Shown: positions 10,391 to 20,691 of the stretch, piece by piece
Layout: each line of letters starts with the position of its first letter
Numbering within the stretch: the stretch's first letter is position 1
IMG/VR virus record: IMGVR_UViG_3300038393_001401
DNA length: 64,000 nucleotides
DNA from: a virus
Strand: one strand, 5' to 3'
Notes under the pieces: model-generated
What the model was told of the DNA's origin: nothing
Databases searched by the model: none
The model's input: only the letters and a program-made list of their open reading frames with translations
Program-made: the position numbers and the translations under genes

Positions 10391-11458
10391 TTACCTGTTT
10401 CTCCCATTACTCAGGAACGCTAACGCAGCATTTGTGCGTTGATTAACCTGGTCGTGGGTACTTGAAGTAGAACTTGTAGTACTAACATCAAGATTTTTAT
10501 CGCCCTTAATCTGTCCAAGCTTTCCCTTAGCATGCCCTTGCGCAAAGGCAGCTTTTAGCAACTTGTCCTTATTATCCAACCAGAAACGATCTGACATTAA
10601 TTTCTTCAAATCAACTTCGTTATCCTTAACGTAGCGTGTTTGAAAGTCGTTGTTAATGTCGTATGCATCTACGATTGTTTTAAGGGCTTGCTTATCGGTA
10701 TCGGTTATCGTTATTGGAAAATCAAAAGTCTCCTTGCTTCCGTCTTTACCAACTTCTATTTTGATAACCTCACCGGTTAAACCATTCACACTATTTTCAA
10801 CGTGACCCTTCCAGTACTTAGCAAACTCAGCTTGCTGTTCCGGGGTTGGCTCATTACTTGTCTGTGTTTGCGCTGTTTCGCCTTTACTGATCTCAGGGAA
10901 TTTGATTTCACCCTTCTTGCCGTTAAAGTACGTTCTAGCCGCGTCTCCGTCATCAAGTAATTCTCTCTGGTATTTTAGCTTATCAAACTGACTTATCTCG
11001 TCGTCCTCAAGCCCAATACCATATTTTTCAGCCATATGAGCATCAATCATTTCGTCACTCCACCTTGGCTTATCTGCCTTCAGTTTCTGACGAACAAGGT
11101 CGATATCCGTCATCTGATCATAATCAGTCGTGATAGCGTCCAGGATGCCCTTTAACGTTGAATAATCTTTGTTTTTAATACTGTCAAATATTGACCGCTC
11201 TGTGTCACCTAGTTCAGCAAACGGATCAACATATACAGTTTCTTTTACTGGTTCAGTCGATGTGCTTACATCAGGTGTAGTTTCTGCGGTCTCAGTACTT
11301 ACGGCTTCCGAACTCGCTCCTTCGCCAGTACTACCCTCATCGGTAGTTGTATTTTCAGTGCCTTCTGGTATTACGGTTTCCTCAGTTGTTGTTGCGTCCA
11401 CCGGAGCAGCTTCACTCGCTGCACTACCCACACTTGTAAAACCCATTAGGTCATTCAT
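10391..11458 (-). CDS. putative scaffolding protein
   Basis: 355-aa acidic protein with a T/S/E-rich N-terminus and charged helical remainder. Sits between the portal and capsid candidates. Confidence 0.4.
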   Translation of the reverse strand: MNDLMGFTSVGSAASEAAPVDATTTEETVIPEGTENTTTDEGSTGEGASSEAVSTETAETTPDVSTSTEPVKETVYVDPFAELGDTERSIFDSIKNKDYSTLKGILDAITTDYDQMTDIDLVRQKLKADKPRWSDEMIDAHMAEKYGIGLEDDEISQFDKLKYQRELLDDGDAARTYFNGKKGEIKFPEISKGETAQTQTSNEPTPEQQAEFAKYWKGHVENSVNGLTGEVIKIEVGKDGSKETFDFPITITDTDKQALKTIVDAYDINNDFQTRYVKDNEVDLKKLMSDRFWLDNKDKLLKAAFAQGHAKGKLGQIKGDKNLDVSTTSSTSSTHDQVNQRTNAALAFLSNGRNR

Positions 11459-11543
11459 ACTTTGTTTATCCTTTTATTGTTTGTGATATTACAAATTTAC
11501 TAATAATAATATTTCGTTTTTCAAAACTTTTTTTCACTTTTTT

Positions 11544-13928
11544 TTAAGCTGCCTGCTGCATTTGGCTTTGATCATTCTGATCACCTTGTGGCTGAGCCTG
11601 TTGCTGTTGGGCTTGTTGCTGTAACGCGCCTAACATTTGCTGCATCTGAGCAGCATCAAGAGCCTCTGATGGTTGAATAATCTGATTTAGGTAAACATCA
11701 ACGATTGGTGCAAGGAACGGAGGGATATTTCTACCGGTATTTACACAGTCAGAAATAATCTTCTGTATAAACTCAAAGTTTGATTTGAGCAATTGGGCTT
11801 CACCTTTAGTTTCTTCAATAACCTGTCCGGCTTGAACCTTTATCTGATCAGCTTGCTGTCTTGCTTGTGCAACTTGTACACCTGCTGTAGCCTGGATGTT
11901 CGCATTCTGCTGTGACTTAGCATTCGCGTCCTCAAGGTCTGCCTTACGTTTCTTCTCACGGGCAACCTCAAGATATAGGTTTGCCAATTTGTAGTTGCGT
12001 ATATTCCTTATTTCCCTTGCGTCTTTAAGGTCGATAATACCATTATTCAAAGCAAGTTGAATATCGCTTTCAATAAGCTGCTTTTCTTCGTCACTTGCGA
12101 TAGCTTCTAACACCAGGTTAAAATCAACCTCTAACAGATCATCCTTGTTATCTTTAATGTAGTTGGCATTATCCTTACCAATGATACTGGTGTAGTACTC
12201 ATTATCCATGATAACAACCTGATCCCAAAAGCGAATACCACAAACTCCTGCGGTACGCTCTATGATACTTTGATATGCATCATAAATGTAGGCAATGGCA
12301 TTATTAGACGCCTTTACTTGAGATTCTACAACTCGTGCCCCGACCCTTGGATTAATCGACGAACCATCTACATATTCATTAAGTCCTATGTATTCACGTA
12401 GTCGCTCTGAATGAAACTCCCATGTTTTAATCAAAGCACTAATGTTGTTCATTATATCCTGAACGAGCGGTGTAATTGGTGCCTCAACACGCCTGTCACC
12501 CTCAGTGCTTTCAGAACGGTAATATAAGTTACCAGTCTGGTCAAATACTTCCTGTATCTCAAGTGGATTTAAAGAGCCACCCAATCCCAGGTCGATATCC
12601 TCAAGTGCTGTGATATTTATCGCTATACCTGCAGGTCTGGCCTTCGCTATAACCTGTTGTATTTTCAGGTAAACCATGTCCATCTGGCGTATGATTGGCA
12701 CAGCCATCTCGATCATGGATTTATTTCTCATGTCGATATTGCCGTACATGTATATAGAGTATGGAAGCAAAACCTCTCCACGGTTTGAATTTGGTTTAGC
12801 CATATTCTTACCAATGCCATAATCCATTACAAAACCAGTACCTACAATGTAATACCCTTCATAAATAACCTGGTCATAAGCAGTAATATTCTTTTTGGTG
12901 TCAGTCTCATTAACCGGGTCACTAACACGGTCAACAGATTCCTTTCCGGTAGCAGACGTTCTCTTTACGTAATTCTTTTCAATACTGGTTTTATAGCAGA
13001 AGTTAAGAACCATCGCTGAGAAGTCATCATACTGACGCATACCAAAACGATCAACATCAGGCGACAGATAGTCATTAGGATTACCGTATTTGCCCCTGGC
13101 CTGGTTAGCTATATCATAAAGCTGCTGCTCTTGTATTTTACCACCCCAACGCTGTCTTATTTCCGATATCTTCATCGGGATATACTCTCCAACCCACCAC
13201 ACGTCCTTAAAGTCATTGCGTGAACTATATGAGTATATTAGGTTAGCCATGTTGCAGTGACGGTATTTGATCTTACCGTTAGCATCCATATACGCTTTAG
13301 TGGCGGCTACACCACGAACACACAGGTCCCACAATAGCATACGCTTTGTTTCGTCCCTGTCGTTATTGTTAAATATTACGTCTAATGCGGTTTCCAGGAT
13401 AATTTCTTCCCTGGTTCTATACATTACGGTTTTATAAAGATCAAGTTCCGAATCTGTTTCAGGAGTAAAGGCGTTTTCATCCTCCATCGGGAATCCTGCA
13501 GCCTGGGAAATGTCACCAATCTGATCCTTAAAATTCATCCTAAATTTGGCGCTCTTAACTTCCTCATCTTTTCGCGTGAGCGAACCCAGGTCAATACCAG
13601 TAGCCCGTATTTCCTCATCGATACCCATGTATTTACTCACTACGGTATCGATTAATTTCTTAGCTATTGGAGACGGCGTGTAGTCCAGGTACACAAATGG
13701 CTTCTTACCATCAATGTTCATCCAGTCAAGATATGGCTGAATAGGTTGGTCGCCCCTGGCAAAGTCGGTACATATCTTAAACCGCTTATTGCGTTCAACA
13801 AAATACTGGTTCTTACTTACCCGCTCTATAGCCTTTGCAAAAGCCAAAGCATATTCAGTTGAATCTTTGACCTTCTTTGGCGCAAATGGGTTCGGAAAAC
13901 CCTTCATGTTATTTTTATTATCCATCAC
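11544..13928 (-). CDS. putative portal protein
   Basis: 794-aa ORF immediately downstream of the terminase large subunit. Q-rich C-terminus. Assigned from synteny and size only. Confidence 0.45.
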   Translation of the reverse strand: MMDNKNNMKGFPNPFAPKKVKDSTEYALAFAKAIERVSKNQYFVERNKRFKICTDFARGDQPIQPYLDWMNIDGKKPFVYLDYTPSPIAKKLIDTVVSKYMGIDEEIRATGIDLGSLTRKDEEVKSAKFRMNFKDQIGDISQAAGFPMEDENAFTPETDSELDLYKTVMYRTREEIILETALDVIFNNNDRDETKRMLLWDLCVRGVAATKAYMDANGKIKYRHCNMANLIYSYSSRNDFKDVWWVGEYIPMKISEIRQRWGGKIQEQQLYDIANQARGKYGNPNDYLSPDVDRFGMRQYDDFSAMVLNFCYKTSIEKNYVKRTSATGKESVDRVSDPVNETDTKKNITAYDQVIYEGYYIVGTGFVMDYGIGKNMAKPNSNRGEVLLPYSIYMYGNIDMRNKSMIEMAVPIIRQMDMVYLKIQQVIAKARPAGIAINITALEDIDLGLGGSLNPLEIQEVFDQTGNLYYRSESTEGDRRVEAPITPLVQDIMNNISALIKTWEFHSERLREYIGLNEYVDGSSINPRVGARVVESQVKASNNAIAYIYDAYQSIIERTAGVCGIRFWDQVVIMDNEYYTSIIGKDNANYIKDNKDDLLEVDFNLVLEAIASDEEKQLIESDIQLALNNGIIDLKDAREIRNIRNYKLANLYLEVAREKKRKADLEDANAKSQQNANIQATAGVQVAQARQQADQIKVQAGQVIEETKGEAQLLKSNFEFIQKIISDCVNTGRNIPPFLAPIVDVYLNQIIQPSEALDAAQMQQMLGALQQQAQQQQAQPQGDQNDQSQMQQAA

Positions 13929-13995
13929 TATATCCGTCTCACTCGATTACATACAAATATAATTACAAATATATTTGTAATATTAAAACTTTTTA

Positions 13996-15981
13996 TTACA
14001 AACCATTTCGAATTGCGAAGCTCTTAAGAAACTTCTTGGTCACTTGCTTTACCGGTTGCTTCTTATTTGTCAAATACTCCAACACACCAAGTAGTGCCAT
14101 ACCAAACGACACCGTATCATCATATGGGGTTCGATCAAGAGGATCGTAAACAAGCATATCCTCTATAAGCTCTACAAAGTCGATCTTATGGCCGTGGTTA
14201 ACAACATACTCTACAAGCGCCCTTAAGTGCCTTGAGTTTGTAAACCCATCCTTAGAAGGAGTACCAAATGTTTTTTTCTGCTTTCTGGCGACTGGTGACA
14301 GCGTTACCTTTGGTCGTTCCATCAGATAACCAAGCATGCCATCGGCTTCAAAGTCCTCTACAAAGTCGTCGTAGTTGTTTTCTATATTGATCTTACACCC
14401 ATAGTACTCGCACATTAGCATCAGGTCGTAGTTCATTAACGACTTTAATGGTTGACGAGCGTAGTATCTGCAAACTGGTTTCCCGCTATTGTCTGGATCT
14501 CTATCTGTAAATGTTCGTATCACATAGGCTGCGGCCATAGAGCCTTTCCCTGTTACGATTGTGTGTGCGAAAGGGTCGGCCCCGGCTACAAAGTCAATTG
14601 TGTTTGTTGGTTTCTTAACCCCCTTAACCAGTTCATACTTATTGGATTCTAAATCGGTATCAAAATCCCAACTGATCCACCACCTACCATTATCAGGGGC
14701 ATCACGCCACTTAACCCTACCAGTTTCAGTATCACGGTAAAAATTTACCCGTCTTGCTTTTGGCCTAGTTAAAAGTTGTTCGCGCCTATCGTACAATATT
14801 GTTTGATCAAAGACACACTCCGTATTTGTGGATTGGAAAGCCTCTGTGATCGTTAGTGGGTATTTACGCATCTCTGATTTAAGGTCTTCCCCTTCTAGGA
14901 CGGATCGCTTCTCCATTAGAAACTCCCGCATTAGTTTGCGATTGGAGTATCCATATTTATCAATGAAGCTTTCACCAGTCTTGGGGTGCGCTCCTTTTAA
15001 TCCGTAATCTGCGGGCTTAAAATACCGCATCATACCTGTCTTTGTTCTACCCAGTGGGTCTAGTTTAGAAGGGTCAGAGCCGTCCCATATTTCCTTACAT
15101 GCTGCGCCCCCACCGGCTTCCATTTCCTCGACCGTTGATGTTTGTAGTTCTTTACCAACGATCCTCGCACCGTTCATTAGACACTCCTTAACAACCTTTG
15201 CCCTGTCGGCGACATTTACCCTGGTTGTCTTACCGATCTCGTCTCCTATGTAGCGAAATACCTTCAAACCGTCAGCAGCAACTTCTACCGCTGGAAGAAA
15301 GTCTATATAGCTATTAAGTGCCGGTTCGTAATACTTTGATTTATCCTTTGTATTCTTTTTTGAAGGCTCGAAAAATCTTAGTGCTGATTTTGGTAGGGAT
15401 AGACCCTCATCCGTTGGTTTAAAGAATGGTGGGAGTCTGCGCCATGAGTTTATCATCTTGGAGAATACAACCCCGGCATCCTTATCTGTTTTTGACTGGA
15501 TTGTACCGACGCTTTCTTCTTCCATTGATATACCATTATACAGGATACAGGTAGCTTTATATGTCTTACCTTCTCGACGGTCGGCAATGTAGATCAACCC
15601 CGTAGAGTTGTCGTCATTCTCAGCCTTATCCCATAAATAAAAGAAGTCCCTGTCGCTATCAACGAAGTGCGGGTATAAACCATCAAGCCACCAGTGACCA
15701 ACATAGAAATAGTTAGTCCCGGTTAGGTACTCGATGTTACCGTTATTAAAAAACCAGTATCCGTTTATTCTGCGTTCCCACTCACGCTTAGCTATGGCTG
15801 TTTGGTCAGCCTTTGGTAGCGAATCGAATCGCTGTGGTATATCAGGCCGCCTCCACATTTGATTGTGTTGAACCATGCCATAATTATCTATCTTCTTAAG
15901 ATTTGGTGGGTCTGGTAGGTATATGGTATACTCACCAATCTGCCGCTCCTGGTTGAAATTGTTATACTTTGGAAGATGCAT
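13996..15981 (-). CDS. terminase large subunit (putative)
   Basis: 661 aa. Walker-A-like IADRREGKTY near the N-terminus. Large C-terminal region compatible with the nuclease domain. Heads the structural operon. Confidence 0.55.
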   Translation of the reverse strand: MHLPKYNNFNQERQIGEYTIYLPDPPNLKKIDNYGMVQHNQMWRRPDIPQRFDSLPKADQTAIAKREWERRINGYWFFNNGNIEYLTGTNYFYVGHWWLDGLYPHFVDSDRDFFYLWDKAENDDNSTGLIYIADRREGKTYKATCILYNGISMEEESVGTIQSKTDKDAGVVFSKMINSWRRLPPFFKPTDEGLSLPKSALRFFEPSKKNTKDKSKYYEPALNSYIDFLPAVEVAADGLKVFRYIGDEIGKTTRVNVADRAKVVKECLMNGARIVGKELQTSTVEEMEAGGGAACKEIWDGSDPSKLDPLGRTKTGMMRYFKPADYGLKGAHPKTGESFIDKYGYSNRKLMREFLMEKRSVLEGEDLKSEMRKYPLTITEAFQSTNTECVFDQTILYDRREQLLTRPKARRVNFYRDTETGRVKWRDAPDNGRWWISWDFDTDLESNKYELVKGVKKPTNTIDFVAGADPFAHTIVTGKGSMAAAYVIRTFTDRDPDNSGKPVCRYYARQPLKSLMNYDLMLMCEYYGCKINIENNYDDFVEDFEADGMLGYLMERPKVTLSPVARKQKKTFGTPSKDGFTNSRHLRALVEYVVNHGHKIDFVELIEDMLVYDPLDRTPYDDTVSFGMALLGVLEYLTNKKQPVKQVTKKFLKSFAIRNGL

Positions 15982-16345
15982 TTTTCTTACCCCTTAATCC
16001 TTTCACAAATCCCTCTACGCTTCCTTCTTCTGGCTCCGGCTCTTTGGTGTCCGGATTCAGTTTACTTTCCAGGTAAAAAATATTCTCAACGATCTTCCTG
16101 CTATCGGTACTCAGCTTAACAACACGGTCAAATACCTTGTCATCCTTATCGGATATATCGGTTATGAATGTTGTATCAAGTACTTTAGAAATACAATCTA
16201 ACTGTCCTTTTAATGACAGGTATAACCTACCTACTGAGTCGGACTGCATCTTAAATACAGCTTCCTCAAGGTCTACAATGTAATTACTTAATACAGGATC
16301 AAGTTTCTCTACGTTTAATTCCTTCGGTCTCTTTATCATCCTCAA
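15962..16345 (-). CDS. hypothetical protein (terminase small subunit candidate)
   Basis: 127-aa ORF overlapping the TerL start. Assigned from position only. Confidence 0.3.
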   Translation of the reverse strand: MRMIKRPKELNVEKLDPVLSNYIVDLEEAVFKMQSDSVGRLYLSLKGQLDCISKVLDTTFITDISDKDDKVFDRVVKLSTDSRKIVENIFYLESKLNPDTKEPEPEEGSVEGFVKGLRGKKNASSKV

Positions 16346-16895
16346 CTAAATATTCTTTCACCTTCACGTTTAGATTCCGAACCAATCTTTCTCCCTCTGG
16401 GGTCACCGCGAAGTATATCCACTTTTTCATATCTGGATTAACTCGCATTAACAGCCCTTTGGCTATCATCGCCTCTACTGTCTGTGAGTACCACGTGCCG
16501 GTATTTCTACCAACATGTAGGTCTTTTTTCCTCACCGATCTAAAATTCGATGCATACAACAAAATACCCAACTGTCTCAAAGGCAACTTATGCTCAGTGC
16601 AAAAGTCAGAAATGGTTAGTAGCACCTTAGATAAGTCGGATATTTTGGTGTTAAATGATGACTTTACTTTGTCATCGATATATTGTTTTGCGTAAGCTTT
16701 TGCCAATGCAACCTTACGACCCTCTGGGAAATTCTCAGTCTTGGTTTTCTGCTTAGTGACAACCTTAACCCTCACATCTGTAGAGGATATTTTCTTTTCA
16801 AGCGATGCCACCTTCTTTTCAAGGTTTGCCTTTACTTGTGATAGGTCAGCAACCATCTGCTTTAACTCTTTACTACTCTTGCCCCTTGTATTCAT
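16299..16895 (-). CDS. coiled-coil plus winged-helix-like DNA-binding protein (terminase small subunit candidate)
   Basis: N-terminal heptad-like KKVASLEKKISS segment. C-terminal region resembles a MarR-type winged helix (LRQLGILLYASNFRSVRKKDL). Confidence 0.3.
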   Translation of the reverse strand: MNTRGKSSKELKQMVADLSQVKANLEKKVASLEKKISSTDVRVKVVTKQKTKTENFPEGRKVALAKAYAKQYIDDKVKSSFNTKISDLSKVLLTISDFCTEHKLPLRQLGILLYASNFRSVRKKDLHVGRNTGTWYSQTVEAMIAKGLLMRVNPDMKKWIYFAVTPEGERLVRNLNVKVKEYLVEDDKETEGIKRRET

Positions 16896-17121
16896 GTAAA
16901 CATTCTACTGGCATTCCAGGCAGTTCACAAAGCTCTCCACTCCAAATACCTTCAACAATAGCCACATCATGAGCAATTTCAATCACTACTCCGTGATGCC
17001 AAACTTCTTTGTAAGGGTAGTCATTAAGTCCTGTTTGTTGCAAGACTCTGTATGAAATTCTATCCCCTGGTTTAAAATCTGTTGCCATATGTTTCTTATA
17101 GAATATTCCAATCCTCGGCAA
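16873..17121 (-). CDS. hypothetical protein
   Basis: 82-aa ORF in a compact minus-strand array. Confidence 0.35.
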   Translation of the reverse strand: MPRIGIFYKKHMATDFKPGDRISYRVLQQTGLNDYPYKEVWHHGVVIEIAHDVAIVEGIWSGELCELPGMPVECLHEYKGQE

Positions 17122-17440
17122 TCATATCTGTCTGAGACGCTAACCACCCGTTCACAATTGTGCCGTCAGCGGCTTTCATACACAGATATGGAGTAAATGT
17201 AACCACCACATCAGCGGGTGACAGACCAGCCTTTTCTTCATTCGCCGTATGTGAGAAATGACCAATATAGTATGCTTTCAGACTTTCAGGAAGTGACTTT
17301 ACCTTGTTGATAATAAAATCACAAGACAACTCATCACCTGGACGCATAAAGACAAACATACCTTTACCATTCCAACCTTCTCTGGCGATCAACGCCCCAC
17401 CTTTTGCAGCCTCTAATGCTGCGCTAAACGATAACTTCAT
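17096..17440 (-). CDS. DUF2829-like small protein (Tad2-family candidate)
   Basis: N-terminus [31 protein letters not shown] matches my recollection of the DUF2829 signature (alpha-helix then GWNGKG). Confidence 0.35.
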   Translation of the reverse strand: MKLSFSAALEAAKGGALIAREGWNGKGMFVFMRPGDELSCDFIINKVKSLPESLKAYYIGHFSHTANEEKAGLSPADVVVTFTPYLCMKAADGTIVNGWLASQTDMIAEDWNIL

Positions 17441-17446
17441 ATTATT

Positions 17447-18043
17447 TTAATTTTCAATTGCTATTATTTCTTTATCCCTTATCCGGTACAGCCTGCGTCC
17501 ATCAGGTAATTCGATGTCATAATGCGTATTGGGTTTATGATACACAACCTGGCCTACATCGACAGTATCAATGTATGGTGGCTTGTATGCGACGCGACTT
17601 TTATTTTGAAGCTCTATAGTTCCACCATTAAAGATTATTGTTCCATTCGGAAAGCGGATATTAACATCCTTCTTAAGAATCTCAGTCAATAAGAACTGGT
17701 TGACAGGAACAATCTCATGCGAGTCAAGATCATACTTGAAATAGATGTTACTGTAGTTTACTTTGTAGTAAACCTGTCCATCAACCCAAACCTCATTCCA
17801 CTCACTGAATGTATGGAAGTGAAAAAACACATAATCCCCTTCTTCCAGGATCATTGGACTACCGTTAACCTCTTTGGTTCGCGGAGTTGCAAAAACCCAA
17901 CCAGAGTCAGGATTACTATACCTTTTGTTAAAATCCTCACGATATTGCTTTTCAACCTGAATGGATTGCCCATTACTAAATGTGTGTGTATTGTGACGTT
18001 CGAAATCGATCTTCACCAATACGTATGGTGATGACGTCCTCAT
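17447..18043 (-). CDS. hypothetical protein
   Basis: 198-aa ORF with no recognisable motif. Confidence 0.4.
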   Translation of the reverse strand: MRTSSPYVLVKIDFERHNTHTFSNGQSIQVEKQYREDFNKRYSNPDSGWVFATPRTKEVNGSPMILEEGDYVFFHFHTFSEWNEVWVDGQVYYKVNYSNIYFKYDLDSHEIVPVNQFLLTEILKKDVNIRFPNGTIIFNGGTIELQNKSRVAYKPPYIDTVDVGQVVYHKPNTHYDIELPDGRRLYRIRDKEIIAIEN

Positions 18044-18288
18044 TATAATACCAGTGCTATCTCTGCTTCGCGTAAAAGAACATAGTCCTTACCATCTTCC
18101 ACCAGTTTCAAGCCCTGACCCTCGTGATACAGGATTGTTTCACCTTCTGAAATTTCCTTAACGTCCTTACCGACCTGCAGAACACTGCCACGCAGTGTAT
18201 TGTCAAGCGCACCTACTAAAACTAATTCACCACGCTTCTCATCCCTTTTGATAGGCTCAATCAACAAATTATCCCTTATTGGTCTCAT
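18043..18288 (-). CDS. groES: GroES-like co-chaperonin (cpn10 / T4 gp31-like)
   Basis: 81 aa. IRPxxDxhhh at the N-terminus, mobile-loop-like region, V-rich beta core and a C-terminal EAEIALVL resembling ESDILAIVE of GroES. Confidence 0.55.
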   Translation of the reverse strand: MRPIRDNLLIEPIKRDEKRGELVLVGALDNTLRGSVLQVGKDVKEISEGETILYHEGQGLKLVEDGKDYVLLREAEIALVL

Positions 18289-18294
18289 TACTTT

Positions 18295-18702
18295 TTATTT
18301 AAAATATTCTTTGTATTCAATTATAAAATCCCGAACCTCTTTCTGATTCTTAAGTATCACTATCTTCGGCTCTGTGCCACCATTCAACTTGCAGTGCCTC
18401 CACAGGAATATCTTTAGTCTTACCGGAAACGATTCATTAGCCCTGCCCTTTGTCTCGACTATAGTATTGATTGATGGCAGATAAAAGTCAGGTGTCCACA
18501 CCATGTTTTGAATCTTCTTACCCTGGTACTTAAACTCAGGCAGAATCTCATATTTTGGTTTTATCACAAACTCAAACCCTGCAATGGTCATGCACTTATA
18601 GCAATAACCTTCAAGGATGCTATCAAACTCAATTCCATCAAGAGTAGTCTTGGTACTTTTGATCTTGCGCTTATCCTTCTTAACCTTGGCCACCACACTC
18701 AT
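18295..18702 (-). CDS. possible PD-(D/E)xK-like nuclease
   Basis: TPDFYLPSINTIVETKG matches a PD...ExK arrangement. Weak. Confidence 0.3.
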   Translation of the reverse strand: MSVVAKVKKDKRKIKSTKTTLDGIEFDSILEGYCYKCMTIAGFEFVIKPKYEILPEFKYQGKKIQNMVWTPDFYLPSINTIVETKGRANESFPVRLKIFLWRHCKLNGGTEPKIVILKNQKEVRDFIIEYKEYFK

Positions 18703-18940
18703 AAGTCACAGACACTGGTTGACGTTGGAATGATTGCCAGATGAACTTTGGACCCCAACCCATTTTATCCTCCACATACACATCGTACTTATCAATGCCA
18801 AATGCTTTCAAATAATCAATATCTTGAAGTATATCAGTTACAACCAGATGCTTATTAGCTATCTTATGCTCATGCCCAACATTTATTAACTTCCCTGTGA
18901 ATATGTCGCCCACACGTATAGAGCGTATCTTATCTTTCAC
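18680..18940 (-). CDS. hypothetical protein
   Basis: 86-aa ORF. Confidence 0.35.
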   Translation of the reverse strand: MKDKIRSIRVGDIFTGKLINVGHEHKIANKHLVVTDILQDIDYLKAFGIDKYDVYVEDKMGWGPKFIWQSFQRQPVSVTYECGGQG

Positions 18941-18989
18941 TTTACTTCCCTCACACTATTCTATGTATGCCAATCAGCATATTTTATCG

Positions 18990-19060
18990 CAAAGGTTGAT
19001 AGATTCGAACTACCGATGTCGGTTTTGGAGACCGATGCCTTACCACTTGGCTAAACCCTT
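18990..19060 (-). tRNA. tRNA-Trp (anticodon CCA)
   Basis: Hand-folded minus-strand cloverleaf: acceptor AAGGGTT/AACCTTT, D-arm GCC-AAGTGGTAA-GGC, anticodon loop CTCCAAA, T-arm GGTAG-TTCGAAT-CTATC. Confidence 0.7.
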
Positions 19061-19067
19061 GTTTGTG

Positions 19068-19140
19068 TTGCGGGAGGTAGACTCGAACTACCGACCTTCG
19101 GGTTATGAGCCCGACAAGCTACCAACTGCTCTACCCCGCA
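19068..19140 (-). tRNA. tRNA-Met/Ile2 (anticodon CAT)
   Basis: Hand-folded: acceptor TGCGGGG/TCCCGCA, D-arm GAGC-AGTTGGTA-GCTT, anticodon stem TCGGG/CCCGA with loop CTCATAA, T-arm GGTAG-TTCGAGT-CTACC. Confidence 0.7.
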
Positions 19141-19145
19141 ATATT

Positions 19146-19412
19146 TTATTCTACTGGCGTATATGTCTGTTCGAATATATCTGGCTTACAAGGGTAGAAC
19201 TCCCCCTGAATACCCTTAATGATAAAATCTCCAACCGTTGCAATATGACCACCTTCCAATGTTTTTATATATGCATGAGATTGGTTATCTCCACCACACA
19301 ATGGGCACATTCTGTAATCACATTTATGATACTCTATAATGCCAAATGGATTATTAGTGCCATCGTACTGTTCCGCGTAAATAACTACCGGTTTCTTTTG
19401 ATACCTAGCCAT
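19146..19412 (-). CDS. hypothetical Cys-containing protein
   Basis: 88 aa with CPLCGG. Possible zinc binding. Confidence 0.4.
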   Translation of the reverse strand: MARYQKKPVVIYAEQYDGTNNPFGIIEYHKCDYRMCPLCGGDNQSHAYIKTLEGGHIATVGDFIIKGIQGEFYPCKPDIFEQTYTPVE

Positions 19413-19672
19413 TATTTCATCCCCGCATTAGCTGTCCTTGGAAAAGACCTGTTAGCTGAAGGAGACTTTACTCGCAGGTTACCGGCTGTATTAGTCCCAC
19501 CCTTTGCAATAGGTTTTTTGTGATCCACATCCTTGCCTTTAATAGCTGCGGCACCTACCTTCTTCTTAACCTCAGCCCTGGCTGCATTGCGCTGTGCGCG
19601 TTTCTTAATCTGTTCCGGCTTACTATGGTACTTAGCGTACTCGTCTTTATAATCCCTAACTTTACGTGGCAT
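19412..19672 (-). CDS. small basic protein with HNH-like motif
   Basis: DVDHKKPIAKGGTNTAGNL resembles the H-N core of HNH endonucleases. The last histidine is not evident. Confidence 0.3.
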   Translation of the reverse strand: MPRKVRDYKDEYAKYHSKPEQIKKRAQRNAARAEVKKKVGAAAIKGKDVDHKKPIAKGGTNTAGNLRVKSPSANRSFPRTANAGMK

Positions 19673-20073
19673 ATTTCCTAACCTATCTAAACCCCAATCC
19701 TTTGCTATACCTTGAGTAATACCTTTGATCGTCGCGTTGCTGTTGCAACCTATATATTACAGCGTTAACAGAATCAAATCCGACTGGACAACATGCAACT
19801 GTAATCCATTGGTATCCGAACAACCTGGTCTTAACCCTGTACTGCAAGCACCACCAGTTTCCCATCAAGTGCCTATCAACGGTCAATCTTTTTCTTGAGT
19901 TGATATATTCCATGCCGTTCCTCTATCCTTTTAATTTTCAAGTAGTTTTTTATCATTTTGTGAAATGCAGCTATCTGATGTAAATCATTTATTGTACATC
20001 CCTTAAAATATCCATTACTAACCAACTGCTCATCCATTACGTAAATATAACAAATAATTTTGTAATATGCAAA

Positions 20074-20313
20074 TTATTTAATTACTTCATCGAGATATAA
20101 TGAGAATAAGGTCATAGCCAATTCTCGATTCGCTATCTCCGAACGACCCAGTGTCATTGCAACCTCAAATCCAAGATCATCGCTGATTAACTTCACGCCA
20201 CGCGGCACCCAGTTAACACTCTGGCCTCCTGGAAACTGTTTTGGAAACCGCTCCCATCTTACCGATCTCATGTAATGTTCTTTTATTTCTTTGATACTTT
20301 CCATGTTGTCCAT
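20074..20313 (-). CDS. hypothetical protein
   Basis: 79-aa ORF downstream of a repeat-rich noncoding segment. Confidence 0.35.
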   Translation of the reverse strand: MDNMESIKEIKEHYMRSVRWERFPKQFPGGQSVNWVPRGVKLISDDLGFEVAMTLGRSEIANRELAMTLFSLYLDEVIK

Positions 20314-20691
20314 TTATGTCAAGTAATCAGAACAGGATACTTGACAAGTAGTTTTTTTGCCTATACTGTGGTTGTAGACAGTATTCGTTCAACAGTTGAG
20401 CCGATATCTACTTAACCCAAGTATAGGCTTATTTAAATTTTGTTGCTAACAAAAAAATGTATACTAACAAAATAAATGTTAGCGTGCTAAAATTATGTTA
20501 GTGATAATATTTATGAGAAAGACAGAAAACAAGTCCCCCCTGGAAAAAAGATAAAAAGAAAAATATTATCACCCTGCACAAAACAGGCTTGACCTGATCC
20601 AATAACCTTGTGAGTTAAAGTTTAGCGTCAAGGGTCTATCGCCATGCCCTGTCCTATGACGTTACAAATATAACAAATAAAATTGTAATAT

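Noticed and set aside
18897-19523. 208-aa plus-strand ORF
   Set aside because: It runs through two minus-strand tRNA genes and two minus-strand CDSs and has odd composition. It is very likely a spurious antisense frame.
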